DNA of 62,555 bases, the filler included, from Bipalium vagum (Eukaryota): NCBI GenBank assembly GCA_037834085.1. It is 3 parts of 3 records of this genome, joined end to end, with 100 filler letters (N's around TTAATTAATTAA, not from the genome) between each part and the next. Parts side by side here need not be neighbours in the genome. Positions count along the whole stretch, not along the records: positions 27,969 to 45,391 come from JBBMKC010066188.1; positions 45,492 to 62,555 come from JBBMKC010080270.1; 1 more part is not named here. One strand, written 5' to 3'. Both the position numbers and the translations under genes were made by a program. The notes under the pieces are model-generated. The model was not told where the DNA came from. It saw only the letters and a list, made by a program, of their open reading frames with translations, and did no database searches. This document shows, one piece after another, positions 36,901 to 49,043 of the stretch. How positions within the stretch are numbered: the first letter of the stretch is position 1; each line of letters starts with the position of its first letter.

Positions 36901-39900
36901 CATTAATATATATCGTGAATTATTGCTCATTTTCATCTTAAAGGTTTTTCCATTTAATAAACTTGGAATTCCTTTTCTTTTTACCAACATTGAAAAACGA
37001 TTTTTGGGTGAATACAACTTTATAATAGATTCTAATAAATAATCGGTAATCAGAAATCTGAAAATAAATCAATTTGCTATTCACAGTGACAATACTACAC
37101 CCAAAGACTTTTCACTGGCATCGTTGAAGAAAGAGCTGCTAATAGAGGTGTTGAATATTGTTTTGAGTCATTTGGAAATATTAAGACTTTCACAAACACA
37201 TCTTGACTTTACAATCCACACTTATTTAAAACTTATTCAAAAGATGTTTTACTTTCTAACTGTCAAAAGCTCGAGATTCTAGCATTATAAGTTTTCGGAA
37301 AAATAAAAGTAGATCGTTAGAAAATTTTTTAAACAAATCATGAAACAAATATATATATAGTCGTTTTGAGGATATTTAAAAATGAATTAGAAAATCAGAA
37401 AAATACCAGATATGAATTTTATCAATTTACACTTCCAATTGCCATGTGATTATTAGAGATAATTTGAAAAATCAAATAATTAAGAGTCTATAAAAAATCA
37501 AATTTTAATAGTCTCAATTAGTGAAACTCCACAGAACCTAGAACGCCAAATACTAATTGCTAATTACAAAAGAAAACGTATCGAACTGTTCCTAACACGA
37601 TATAGAGAAGTTGGCTGCTGAATGGTGAATTTACAAATGTTTCGCCGTATTTGATTAAAAATGAACTGACCATTTTGGTCTCTTTGATAAAAGAAAAAAA
37701 GATCTTTAGTAACCACAAAGAGGATTAGGTCTTCTTACAAAATAAAATCATCAATTAAGCTTTATTTTACGAACCTCTTCCATTAACTTGATCACTTCAT
37801 TATTGATTGGAACTGAACTCATTTTGATGAAGTTCAACAGCCACAAACATCGATTTATGTAAACAGAATTGGAAGGACAATCGATTTCTTCAGTTATTAA
37901 GTCGAGCAACTCCTTGTGACATTCTATGATGGTCGTCTCAAATTTCATGAGACTATTACCAGTTCCAATTTCCGACCATCCCAGAGCGGCCATTTGCAGA
38001 GCCCTGAAAATGAGTCGGAGTTCATATTAAAAAATATGTTAAATCAATAGGCCAGTCTTTACCAGTGAATGATTAAAGAAGGTTTTATTGTTATTTTCGC
38101 ATGAGAGCTGTTTAATAGCATTTTTCCCAATTGCAAAATCGATTTCGATATTAATGGATTTTTAATGTTGAAAAACATTTCTTCGGCGACCCACAGATAT
38201 TTGTCATTGGTGATTCTTAAATTAAGAATTCATTAAAGGAAATATATGGAGGAATAATATTTTAAATTTTAATGTTAACTAATAAAATTAAATAATTCAA
38301 AAAAATTATTAATTTATTAAAAATATTAGTTATTCAATAGAAAAATATTTAATGTAATAATAATTTTATTTTAAAGGAAAAAATGAGTTTAAAATTAATT
38401 TTTTTAAAAATCAGTTAATTAAAAAAATATAATATTTTAATTTCAAATTGAATGTCTAATTTTAAAATATTTAATTAAAATAATAAAATTATTTTTTGAC
38501 TAAATTGTTTGAATTAATTTCTTACTCAAGTTTAATTTTGAAAAAAATATTATTAAAAAATTTTTTTATTAAAATATAATAAAATTATTCAATTAAATTT
38601 TTAAAGATTTAATTACGCTCCTTAATTAATTAATTAATATTACTAATAATATTAATATTATAATAATATATAATTAATAGTTATTACTACTTAATAATAA
38701 TAATCATCATCATCATTATCAGCTTCATAATAATAAATCAAAAGTGATGAGATAAAAATTATATATTACTCGTTATTAGACTCCATATCTTCCAAGATGT
38801 TTCTTAATCCATTCGAAAGTGCGTCAAAAATCAAGAAAATAGCTTCATTGACTTTTTCTTTAGCCAAATCTGTAATTAAAGACATGGACAACCCCAAGCA
38901 CAGTTTAGATGGTAAATGATTATTTTTGGAACTTAACGCCGTTTGAAAGCGTTCCACAGCTTCTTTATATTTTCCCTGAAAAAGATTGTCTTAAAGGTGA
39001 GGAATAATTAATACAAACATAAAATAAAAAAAGAAATTATTAATTAATTAATAAAACACAATTTAGAAACCCAAAGTCCACAAAGGAAAAGGTGTTTTTT
39101 AAGACTTTTATGTTATCCAATATGGAATAATTGGTTCATCAAATTACAGGTAAAAAAATAATAATCAGTATTAATAATATTATAAAAGAAATATTATAAG
39201 GGAAATAACAGATATTAATTAAGAAGAGAGGATAAAAGAAATAGAGATGACAGGCATGAATATTTATTATTAATTAAATAGAATTTAATTCGAACTGTTA
39301 ATAAATAAAAAATGACGCCACATAAGAATGAAATGAAAACAAAAACTATCGATTTTTTGCAAAACATGAAATACTTGAGTAAGAATAAAAGAACATTTTT
39401 TATATTTTTCACTTTAATATTTATAAATTACAGCTTCATTTAGTTGATGAGAATTTTCACAAATATGCAGGAATTCATTATTATTATTATCATTAAAAAA
39501 TATATTAAAATTTAATAGTAATAATAATAATAATTATTATAATAATAATATTAATAATAATACAGGTGATAATAATACTGAGAAAAATAGTAAAAAAAAT
39601 AATGATACATTAGCAAAAGAAAGAGTCAGAATTTTCGAAAAAATATATAAAACAAATTTATAAAAATTATTCAAAATTTTCATTGCAACATTTCATAGAT
39701 CTGTTATTTATTTTTCATTCAGTTTTTGTTTATGATTAATTAGTGCATAGTATCTAAAAATTATTTCAAAATCTCGTAGAAAAAAATTGTTAGAAAAATA
39801 TTTTTACATTATTCATTTTAAAAGAAATTCAAACTTTTATAAAAGAAGTTGTGTTAAATAATTAAGTCATACAAAACGCAGTTATCAAAAGTACTTGTCG

Positions 39901-42900
39901 TCTTCAACAGCTAACGAGTGTTGGGAAAATAATGAGACAAATTTAGGAAAGTTTGAATTTTTAAATAATTGATTCAAATAATTAACCAATATGATCAATC
40001 GATTCAGATAATAGTTGCCTGGAGACAAACATAAAATTGTTATTTCTTAATTCTAAGATGAATGTGGAAGAATACAGAATTTTCGGAAACTTATTTACAA
40101 ATGCTTAAGTATAGGCCAAAATCTGTTACAATCAAACTTTGCCTGTCAAAGATATATTAACGAGCTTCCTGGCAATTTTATTACTATATTATTAAACAAT
40201 ACAAAGATAATCTCTTTGCTGAACGAACATCAGACAGCAGTCGTCAATCAAAGTGTATTGTAATTAGCAAAAATTGGTAAAATCCACCTTGGACAAGATT
40301 TATTTATTTTATTTATTTAATAATTAATAATAATAGTAATAATTATAATAGCTATAATAAAATAGACCTTGGCTTGCAATGGAAGGAGAATAAAGAAATT
40401 ATTTCCTTCGTAATCTATTCCTCATATCTGATCCTTAATGGACATTAGTGCAATCAAACAAAATAATCGCGGTATGGATGAAAGCTTAAGTGCAATTAAG
40501 TAAAATTTACAAAGTTTGGTAAAGAAATTTGAAATTGTTTCGGAAATAATGACAGAAAAATTTTTATTCATAATCATCTTTAAAGAAAAAAATTCTACAA
40601 CTTATTAAAGATAATTTTCTCAGAACTCAAAATTTAAGTCAAGAGCTTTTTCACATTTTGATAAATTCTTTCAAATATTAAATTATTCCAACAAATAAAT
40701 AAAAAAATAAACATAAACCTGAATAATTAAAAGTCGTCCCACATGAAAATTGGTGAGGTAAGAGTTCTTGTCCAACGAAAGAGCAGCTTGGTATTTGTTG
40801 AAGGCCTGTCCGATCAGGGTATCCTCATTGTTCGCTTGATAATGCATGTTAGCTTCCTGAACATCAAAACGACATATTTTTGTCCGACTATGTCACTCAA
40901 ATTCACCGTAAAATCATATTTTAAAATAATAAAGGAAAAGATATAAACAAAAGATATAAAAATAATTATTCAAGTATTTTCTATACTATAACACAAAATA
41001 AAATAATAAATTTTTTGTGATACTCTCATACTAAAAATAATAATAATAATTGATAACTAATAATAATAATAAATAAATAAATAATAATATATTAAACATT
41101 AATTTACAAAAATAAGTTCTCTAAACTATAATAATTCAGAAGTGGAATATCGCATAATGAGAGATTTTTTAATTGTTAGCACTGAAATTTTAGAAAGTTT
41201 GAATTTTCAGAAAATCTAAACAAACGACGTGAGTATTCTATTGGGATAAACAGAAAGTTCGTTCCTTTTTTGGTATGTTTTAAAGAAGTCTTGTAAGTAA
41301 CATAAATAAATTTATTAAACAATATATACACCATTATGATCGATTGTCTGTCTCTATCTTTCGGGAAGTTTCATGATACTGTCAGAAAAGAATTGTGTTG
41401 GTTGTTGGCTGAAGAACTTATCCAGGTGAATTTTGATATATTTTAAAGATCGATAATCTTTTCCATCTAAACTATTTTAATGGCTTTATCCATGATCTCT
41501 TCCGTTTAATATTTTTATAAATGATCCATTTTTCATCTTCTGTAATTAGCTGCTTTAAAAGTGACTTTTCTCGTTCCGTTTCAATAATAATAAACAGAAA
41601 GGCGATCATTAATATTCTTTTCTGACAATTTATGAGATACCGGTGTCATAACAGGAGATGTAGTCTAGTTTTCCCAAGTGATTAACCACGCCTGATGTAT
41701 ATCTAGCTTTTTGACGTGTCTTGGGTTGTTCGGCATTGTCTTTTTTCAATTGAAGCGATTAGATCGTCATCATTGACAGTCGATGGCCGTCCTGAGCGAC
41801 TTGAATATTTTAATGAGAATTTTCCCTCTTTACATTTTGAGAAACTTTTTTGACAAGTGCAAGCGGTTATTATATTTTCGCCATTCACTGAGCATATCTT
41901 TTTTGTGTGTGGGTAGGGTTTTTCCATTTATGAAAATAGAAGAAAAAGACATGACAAATATGCTGGTCATCATGAGACATTTTAAGGCTTGCTACCTAAA
42001 AATGCAATTACCTACACATTTAAAAATATCATACACTTACTATTAATTTATAATATTTAATAAAACAAAATTTCCTTACAAAAAAATTTATTGAAATATT
42101 CATTTCAAAATATTAAGCTTAATTTTACTATTAAAATTCGAACGAACTTTCTGTTAAACCAAATAAATAGTTTTCATTATCAGTTCAAAAGTAGATTGAT
42201 TGAAGATGTCAATAATTCTAACCCGTAAACTTTCAAAAACTGTTGTCTGAGTGCTAAAAAAGACCAGTGAAAATTTAAACAAAAATGTGTTTTTTATGAA
42301 GCTCTGGTAACGAAAGATTTGAAAAATCTCTATTAAATAGTTTACTAACCAGGAAGGAGACGCATTTTCCGCTGAAGAAGAAAAAGTTATTGAATTCTAC
42401 AGGATGAAATAAATTTCGACTAATCTAAAACTTCTTCAACAACTGAATGAAAATTTTACGACAACCAATAATGACCATTATTTTGATTATAGCCACAATC
42501 TAAGGAAAATGTTAATTAACAAAAACTGGAAAGTTCTCAATATGATGTAAATTATCTTCAATTTTTCGGACTTCATCTAAGGTACATTGATTACGATTTT
42601 TTAAAAATTGTTTTGTGATGCTTTAAACCATAGAAATTTTGTATGAGTGAAACTTTAGACCGTACAAAGTTATTGATATTGTGATCTCAACACACACGAC
42701 ACTAATTCTAAACATTTATCACATCTTCAGTTTCCATTAAGGCAGTGAAGTCATTTTAAAATGGTATTTTCTTGACAACTTTCTATTTTATTATTTTACT
42801 AGTTAAAGATAACTTATTTAATCTATACTTATCTACTTAAATGAAAAAGAGTCAAAAAATGTGAGAATAGTTTTTATTTTATTTGAAATAGTTAAACAAA

Positions 42901-43043
42901 CATTTAAAATTAATAATTACAGTTAACTGTCTATTTTTCGGTTTTGAAAGACATGATTCTGAAAAAAGTGAAAAATAGACACGGAAAGTAAAATCTAAAA
43001 TAATAAAATTAAATATATATAAAATTAATAAATATAAAATTAA

Positions 43044-43077
<34 letters not shown>

Positions 43078-43714
43078 TATTAAAAATAAAATACAAAATA
43101 TATTTTTCAAAAATTCACCTTGGATAATTAAGCCTATAATCATCAAGAAAAATATTGTTTCAGACATTTTTCATGTTAAGGAAACAATTGTATGTGTTGC
43201 ATAAAATATTGTTAAAAATTCCCAATTGGAATTTAAAATTTATTTTCATGAAAATAGTGGGAAATTATTTAAAAATTTGAAAGAAAAATATTTATTTTAC
43301 AACAAAATTATTTTGAGAATTTTTTAAATAATAAAAACTGTTTGAATAATTGTAAAATGATTATTATCAATCATTATTTTTATTATTAATTATTTATTAT
43401 TAGTTATTTATTATTAGTTGTTTTATTATTATTTTTTTGATGAGTTTTGGTCGTAAAAGTACCTGTGAAGCCTGTTTGGATTTCCATTCATATAAATTTT
43501 GAATGGCATCAGCACGCGAGGACTGATTTTGGGCAATCAAATTGTGATACTCTTTGTCTAGGGCTATCATCTGCTCAGCATTGGTGGCATTAGGTCCGAA
43601 TCCATGAATTTTACAAATGGCCAGAATTTCATCTTGCTTTGCAGTGATAACAGCTTTTGTATCACGACCAGCACTTTCTATCGGCTTTTGGCTGGAAGAC
43701 TTTTCGGAATCAGT
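28856..43714 (-). CDS. Uncharacterised TPR-repeat protein, partial multi-exon gene (start and stop exons not located)
   Basis: Phase-consistent GT-AG exons: 43463-43714 (TDSEK...EILAICKIHG...ALDKEYHNL...NLYEWKSKQASQ), 40719-40856 (EANMHY...AFNKYQAALSLDKNSYLTNFHVGRLLIIQ), 38770-38975 (GKYKEAVERFQTALSSKNNH...), 38063-38215, 37775-38003. Then an uncertain region about 37600-37703 and 35870-35949, then 35665-~35869, 35220-35473 (LPWYNEK plus K/P/V/A-rich linker) and 28856-28895 (TKTESKEESIKSP). TPR-like pattern: A..KY..AL.L.......F.VG......GKY.EA...F..AL. Confidence 0.78.
29080..29460 (-). mobile_element. Possible pogo DDE-domain remnant
   Basis: Fragments LITCDG and CLPSLTDHLL, resembling LxxDGHxSH and LPxHTSHxLQPLD. 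Confidence 0.35.
31223..31451 (+). mobile_element. 229-bp mariner-derived MITE
   Basis: About 30-bp TIRs TTGGGTTGTT(T/C)GGAAAGTCA..., TA on both sides. The interior keeps only the transposase C-terminus (RWQKVLEQKGQNIID*). Confidence 0.88.
32400..32950 (+). mobile_element. Highly decayed mariner
   Basis: HPEY..DLATSEFYLF-like fragment across frameshifts; AAGGGTTGTGAC terminus-like sequence. Confidence 0.45.
33072..34330 (-). mobile_element. Near full-length mariner (DD34D), about 1.26 kb, frameshifted, intronic in the TPR gene
   Basis: TIRs TTA(A/G)GT(AA/GA)(A/G)TCAGAAAGTAA with TA flanks. WFARFRSGDFNLND..RSGRP, WVPHEL, IVTGDEK, MLCIWWD, HQENARPH, HPPYNPDIAPTDFH. Confidence 0.93.
34490..34720 (+). 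mobile_element. Mos1-like mariner HTH remnant
   Basis: DFSVEDKEHSRQPKKFEDD...EDPCQTLEEIAQTL. Confidence 0.65.
41241..42163 (-). mobile_element. Internally deleted mariner with both TIRs, intronic in the TPR gene
   Basis: TIRs TTGGGATAAACAGAAAGTTCGTTC and TTTGGTTTAACAGAAAGTTCGTTC with TA flanks. ICSVNGE...FSLKYSSRSGRP, ITEDEKWIIY. Confidence 0.85.
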
Positions 43715-44229
43715 CTATAATTTTTTTAATTTATTTAAATTCCCACCAATTTCCGTCCAGAAAAATCCAATAAATAAGATATGGTGTAAATAAAGTCAAA
43801 TAAATAATATGAATATCATGATGGAGATAAATAAACAGAATAAATTACTAATATATGTGATTAATAAAAATTAATTAATTAAATAATTATCTAATATTAT
43901 CTTGCCGGTGGTCGCAAAATGTCATTAATTACGATCAATAAATCAATTGAAACAGTTATTCTTAAAAATATTATTTTATCGATCAATTATTACCATGAGA
44001 TTATGCTTACTTTATCAATTTTATATATTTATATAATCTATCTCAAATTGATGGGATTTGTGTATCTGTTTCCTTTTTCGTGGAACTTCATTGAACTTTG
44101 GTTAAGTTTTATATCAAAATGAAAGCAAACGATTTTGTCCTTTAATTAATTGCTTATACATCGGTTGAGTTTAATTTTTTTCTATTTTTTAATAATTAAA
44201 AAAATATCAATAAATCAATTATTTATTGA

Positions 44230-44760
44230 ATTTTTCTAAATTTTAATGAAAACGAGAACATCAGTTTTAAATCTCCCACAACCGGAACATATAGACTGGA
44301 TAGGATAGTTTTTTGATCTAACCGATCGTATGACCATTCTTGGAGTAACGCCCTTTGGACTTCATCAACAGGAAGAACATGATATTCCAAATTCGTCGAC
44401 AAAGATAGATTTATCTTTATCATGACTAAAAATCCGTGAAGCATATGTTGATCTGATTTCAATAATTTTTATATTATTTCTTCTTACTGGCACAAATGCA
44501 ACTTTTTAAAACTATAATCTAAACCCTTCAATGCTCTATGAAGCACTGGAATAGAAACATTTCCCCCTTTTTCTTGGTGTAAACAGTGCTGCATAATGTA
44601 TTCGAAACATTATGTTTGTAATAAAGGCTCTATCTTCGGTTGTCCAGGTTGAGATCCTTTATAAGTTTTGTTAATACGATTAGTCATACGATATATCCTA
44701 AGTATTGAGCTAATAGTTTTTGATTTAATATTTGGAAATTCTGAGTATATTTTAGGTATT
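44230..44760 (-). mobile_element. Decayed IS630/Tc1-like transposase remnant
   Basis: IFVDEFGISCSSC**SPKGVTPRMVIRSVRSKNY, the first-D region of the FVDExG...RSKN type. Confidence 0.55.
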
Positions 44761-45391
44761 GATTTACCTTCATCAAAACTTCTGCAAATTTCGTGTCTAA
44801 TGTCATTACTTATTTTATTGTATATTTTTTATATAAAAAATAAAATTTTAATATATATTTAAAATTGAATAAATCCATATGAAAAATTGATTAGAATCAT
44901 TTGAAAATTTGATTAAACCCAGTGAAACACTCTGTATAATCTTTTGTTAAATAAGAAATAATTTTAATTATAACATAATAAAAACAACTAGGCATTATTT
45001 CAGGAAAAAATATATAATATAATATAAAAATAAACATTATATTTTCCAAGTAAAATTTAATTTTTATCAATTAAAATTGTAATTGTCCATAAAATTGAAT
45101 TTACAAAAAATTAATAAATTTCTTATGAAGCATTCCAATGAAATTTGATAACACTTGTCAGATCTCAAATATTAATTCCAAATGAAAAAAATATGAAATT
45201 CTTCACAAAGAATTGAGGTATAGGATCAATATCATTTCCATTCCAAAACAGAAATGATGTCCTTCATAATTAATTAATTGTTTGAAAAACTAATATATCT
45301 TTTATGAAGAATGATCCAGATTTTATAATTTTATATTTGTTTTAATGTTTTTCTTAATTATTCAGTGATAAACTTTGTAAAATTTATTATT

Positions 45392-45491
45392 NNNNNNNNN
45401 NNNNNNNNNNNNNNNNNNNNNNNNNNNNNNNNNNNTTAATTAATTAANNNNNNNNNNNNNNNNNNNNNNNNNNNNNNNNNNNNNNNNNNNN
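45392..45491. other. Assembly gap with artificial six-frame-stop linker
   Basis: 44 N + TTAATTAATTAA + 44 N, identical in design to 27869-27968. Confidence 0.97.
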
Positions 45492-46958
45492 AATTAAAGT
45501 TGTTGAACTTACTATTACAAATGCCATCAATGTAAATAAGGAAATTTTGGGGTGTATAAATTTCATTTCATTACTAATTAGATTAAAAGATAATTTGCTA
45601 ATTTAATTGCATTTTCAAATCATAAATTTCTATTATTATAAAATAAGCCATAATATTAGGAAATATCAACAAATAAACAAGTTCTGATAAATATGTATTT
45701 AATTAAATGAGGAAAAATCAAAATTAAAAATACAAAAATTTAATTTTTTTCATAATAACCAAATATTGCTATTATTATTTTAATTATAAATATTTATTAT
45801 TTTTATTAATTAATTGTTTAATGATTTTTAAAAAATAATTGTAGAATTTTTTCTATTCTAAAAAGAAAATATTTTAAAATTAAGTTCATTGCGAACCGCA
45901 GTGAAACTGGTAAAAAATAATTAAAAATTGACTGACAAAAAATATTAAATAATTAATTCTAACGATTTTTTTTGTTTTAATCTCACAAAGTAAGGATTAT
46001 AAATTTGTGAATATTTAAAATTATTATTTTTAAATATAAAAGGTGAAACAACTAATGATTAACAAAAGTTAGAAAACTGTATTATAATTTGAGAAAAATT
46101 GTTAATTTATTTCTTATTAATAGGAAAATGAAAGTTTTGATTTAAGATTTTACACTTATCAAAATTTATTCAATTTGAAGAAATAATTTGTTTTAATAAA
46201 TATCAAATAATTTTAATATGAAAAACAAATGTTCTTGTATAAAATATTTGAAGTTGCTCTAAATATTTTTTTATTTATTTTTGAATTCAAGTGAATAATT
46301 AAAAACTAATTTAAAAAAATCATATGGGCTTGATAAAAAAATTTTTAAAATAATTTTATTCTTAAAATCAATTTGAAAATATTTTTAAACTGAAACAGGA
46401 AATTTTGACAATTTATGTTGCAGGGAAAAATATCACATATTTTTTATCTAATTTTATTTTTAACAAACTTAAAAAATTACAAATTGATAATATTTGAGAT
46501 TTAGTAAATTAACCAATATATTTTATTTTATTTAAAAATAAATCAGGAAATTATTCTTAATGAGATATATGGGAGTTAGTTTTATGCTGTAGAAATCTTC
46601 AGTAGTCTAAATTACGGAAATGAAGAGTAAAGAAGACAAAAATAAATATAAATAATATATATAATAACAAGAATTCATTCAGTTCAATCGATTTTCATTT
46701 AGCCCAAACTCGTATTCAATATTCTATTTAATTATTTAATCATGAGAAATTAAACAAATTATCAGTCATTCAGTAAACGATTTATTCAGTTCAATCATTT
46801 CATTCAATCAGACATGTCATGATATTTTATTTTATTGTATCATGACTCAGACATTTTGAAAATTAGTAACCGTGAATCGTAGAACTATTCAGCTATCCAG
46901 AATTTCTAACTGTTATCATATATTTTGTTTTTTTTTTCGGTTGATATATATATATATA

Positions 46959-48218
46959 TAGTCTCCGTCAAAAGTCTGAACCTACCTTCAAAAATTGAAT
47001 TGATTTCATTATTTATCCATTGGCATGACATCAGTTTAGATATAGGTATTTATATAATTCTGTCCTATATTGTTTTTTCATTAATATTGCATAATTATTA
47101 ATATTATTCTTGTCAAATAAATACTTTTGTTTAAATAATGGCTGAATTATATGCTGAAAAAAGGGCTTAAATTTTGATTTTGCGCGACGAAGGTTATTCG
47201 CAGAGGCAAATTACGACGAGAATAAATGTGTCAATGGGAGCTGTTAGACATTCAATTTAACGATATGACTTGGATAAATCATTCAAGTCCAAGAAACGAA
47301 GTGGAAGGTCAAAAGTAACAACAGTTCAAACTGATACATTGACTCATCGGTTGTCCTGTATTCACCCTTTTGTACCAACAAGTGAAATTAGATCACAACT
47401 TCCTCCAGATGCACCAGTAAGCATGAGTACCATTTCTCGGCGGCTTAGACACGATTTCTCGTTGCACTCCAGAAAGCCTGCAATAAAGCCGAGACTTTCT
47501 TTAAAGAATGTTAAAGACCGCCTTCTCTTTTGTAACAAATATAAGAATTGGAAGCCCACAGATGTTATACGCATCTGGAGACCTAACGGCACAAGTTTTG
47601 ATCAAGAATATACTGACAGGAATGTAAAATGTTCTCCTTCCGTTATGGTCTGGTCATCAATGTCATATGATGGTGTGGGTAATTTATGTTTTGTTCCTGC
47701 TGGTACAACTATTAGATCTACGGAGTACATTGACATATTAAATAAACACCTTCTGCCAATTGAAACTGATAAAATCTTTCAGAATGATGGGGCCACTTGT
47801 CATACAGCCAAGGCCGTTAAAGAATTTATCTCTCTTAACAATATGGAGGTACTTTGTCCATGGCCTGGAAATTCCCCTGACCTCTCACCAATTGAAAACT
47901 GCTGGTCCGAATCGTCGAAAAAAGTCTCAAATCTTAATCAAACATCAATTAATGACCTAAAAATGAAAATTAGTCAACTGTGGAGAAATGATATCTCGCC
48001 TGACTATTGCAAACACTTAATTGAGTCAATGTCTAATCGTAATGCGGCAGTCATTAAAGCTAAAGGATAGATCACAAAATATTAAATTTTTTTATAATGT
48101 TCATTCATGATAAATGTTGTACATAATATATACATTTTTGGAATTAATACGTCTTTTCAAATGTACAATGGGAATTTACATTTTTTTGAAGGTGGGCTCA
48201 GACTTTTGACGGGAACTA
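46959..48218 (+). mobile_element. Tc1-like transposon (D-35-E spacing), both TIRs, inserted in a (TA)n run; transposase defective
   Basis: About 35-40-bp TIRs TAGT(CT/TC)CCGTCAAAAGTCTGA(A/G)CC(T/C)ACCTTCAAAAA. ORF 47270-48070 has RSGR, SVMVWS and FQNDGATCH...SPDLSPIEN. The 5' part from the ATG at 47139 has stops, and the first catalytic D segment is deleted. Confidence 0.93.
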
Positions 48219-48940
48219 TATATATTGTGTTCATTATTTCATAAATAAAATTTAAATTTTATATTTGCTTCTGTGTAATGCACACAACTAATAGATATTT
48301 TTGAGTCAGATTGAGAGCAGAAGTTTGGTTAATATTTTTTAAAATGTTAATACTGGTAAGTTGACCGCCGGGTCTTTTGTTACGAAATGTCAAAATAGAT
48401 ATTTTTTTCCTTTTCTGGAATATGTGACATTCCCCATAATATTACAAAAGATTTGTTTGGCTTACAGTGTAACTATAAAATTACTATTAGCATTATAATA
48501 TTATGTATCAAAAAATGAAAGACTCAGAAAGGTTTTATATATCCAGCCCTTTTCAGACAAAAGACATTCAAAAATCAGATGAACATTGCAACTTCAATTT
48601 ACAACTTTCAGAGAAGAACGTTTATGATGACAAGCCACAACCATACATAAAGGAAGAATTTCTAAGACACTATTCCAGAGGTCTGAATTTTTTGTTTACA
48701 TCGAGCCGGAGATTACAACAATTTAAAATATCTTTATTATTATTGATGGGTTTTATTGTTGTTATTATTATTATTATGCTGATTGCCAACCTTGCGAAAG
48801 CACCCATTTATATTTTTGTGACCAAAAAAAGTCGGTCTTTAGTCATGATTGTGTTTTTCTGACTATAGAAAGATGTTAAGTGCTAGATCAAATTAAATCC
48901 TTATAACCAATCACTATGATCAGAATGCTGAAATAACTGG

Positions 48941-48953
48941 TTGCTAAGCAGCC
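48941..48953. promoter_or_regulatory. RFX X-box-like motif (GTTGCTAAGCAGC)
   Basis: One mismatch from the palindromic X-box GTTGCTAAGCAAC, in a locally GC-richer non-TE stretch. Target gene unknown. Confidence 0.3.
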
Positions 48954-49043
48954 CCGAAGTTAGGAAACTAGACCCATTCTTCGTTAAAAATATTTTTTGT
49001 TCGAGGAAATACACCCAGCTGAATATTGAAATTTTTTCTTGTA

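Noticed and set aside
43119-43133. 15-nt AG/GT-bounded micro-exon candidate in a TPR intron
   Set aside because: It contains an in-frame TAA in the required phase 0.
44223-44462. 79-aa ORF as an upstream exon of the TPR gene
   Set aside because: An alternative frame matches an IS630/Tc1 first-D motif (FVDEFG...RSKN), so it is TE-derived.
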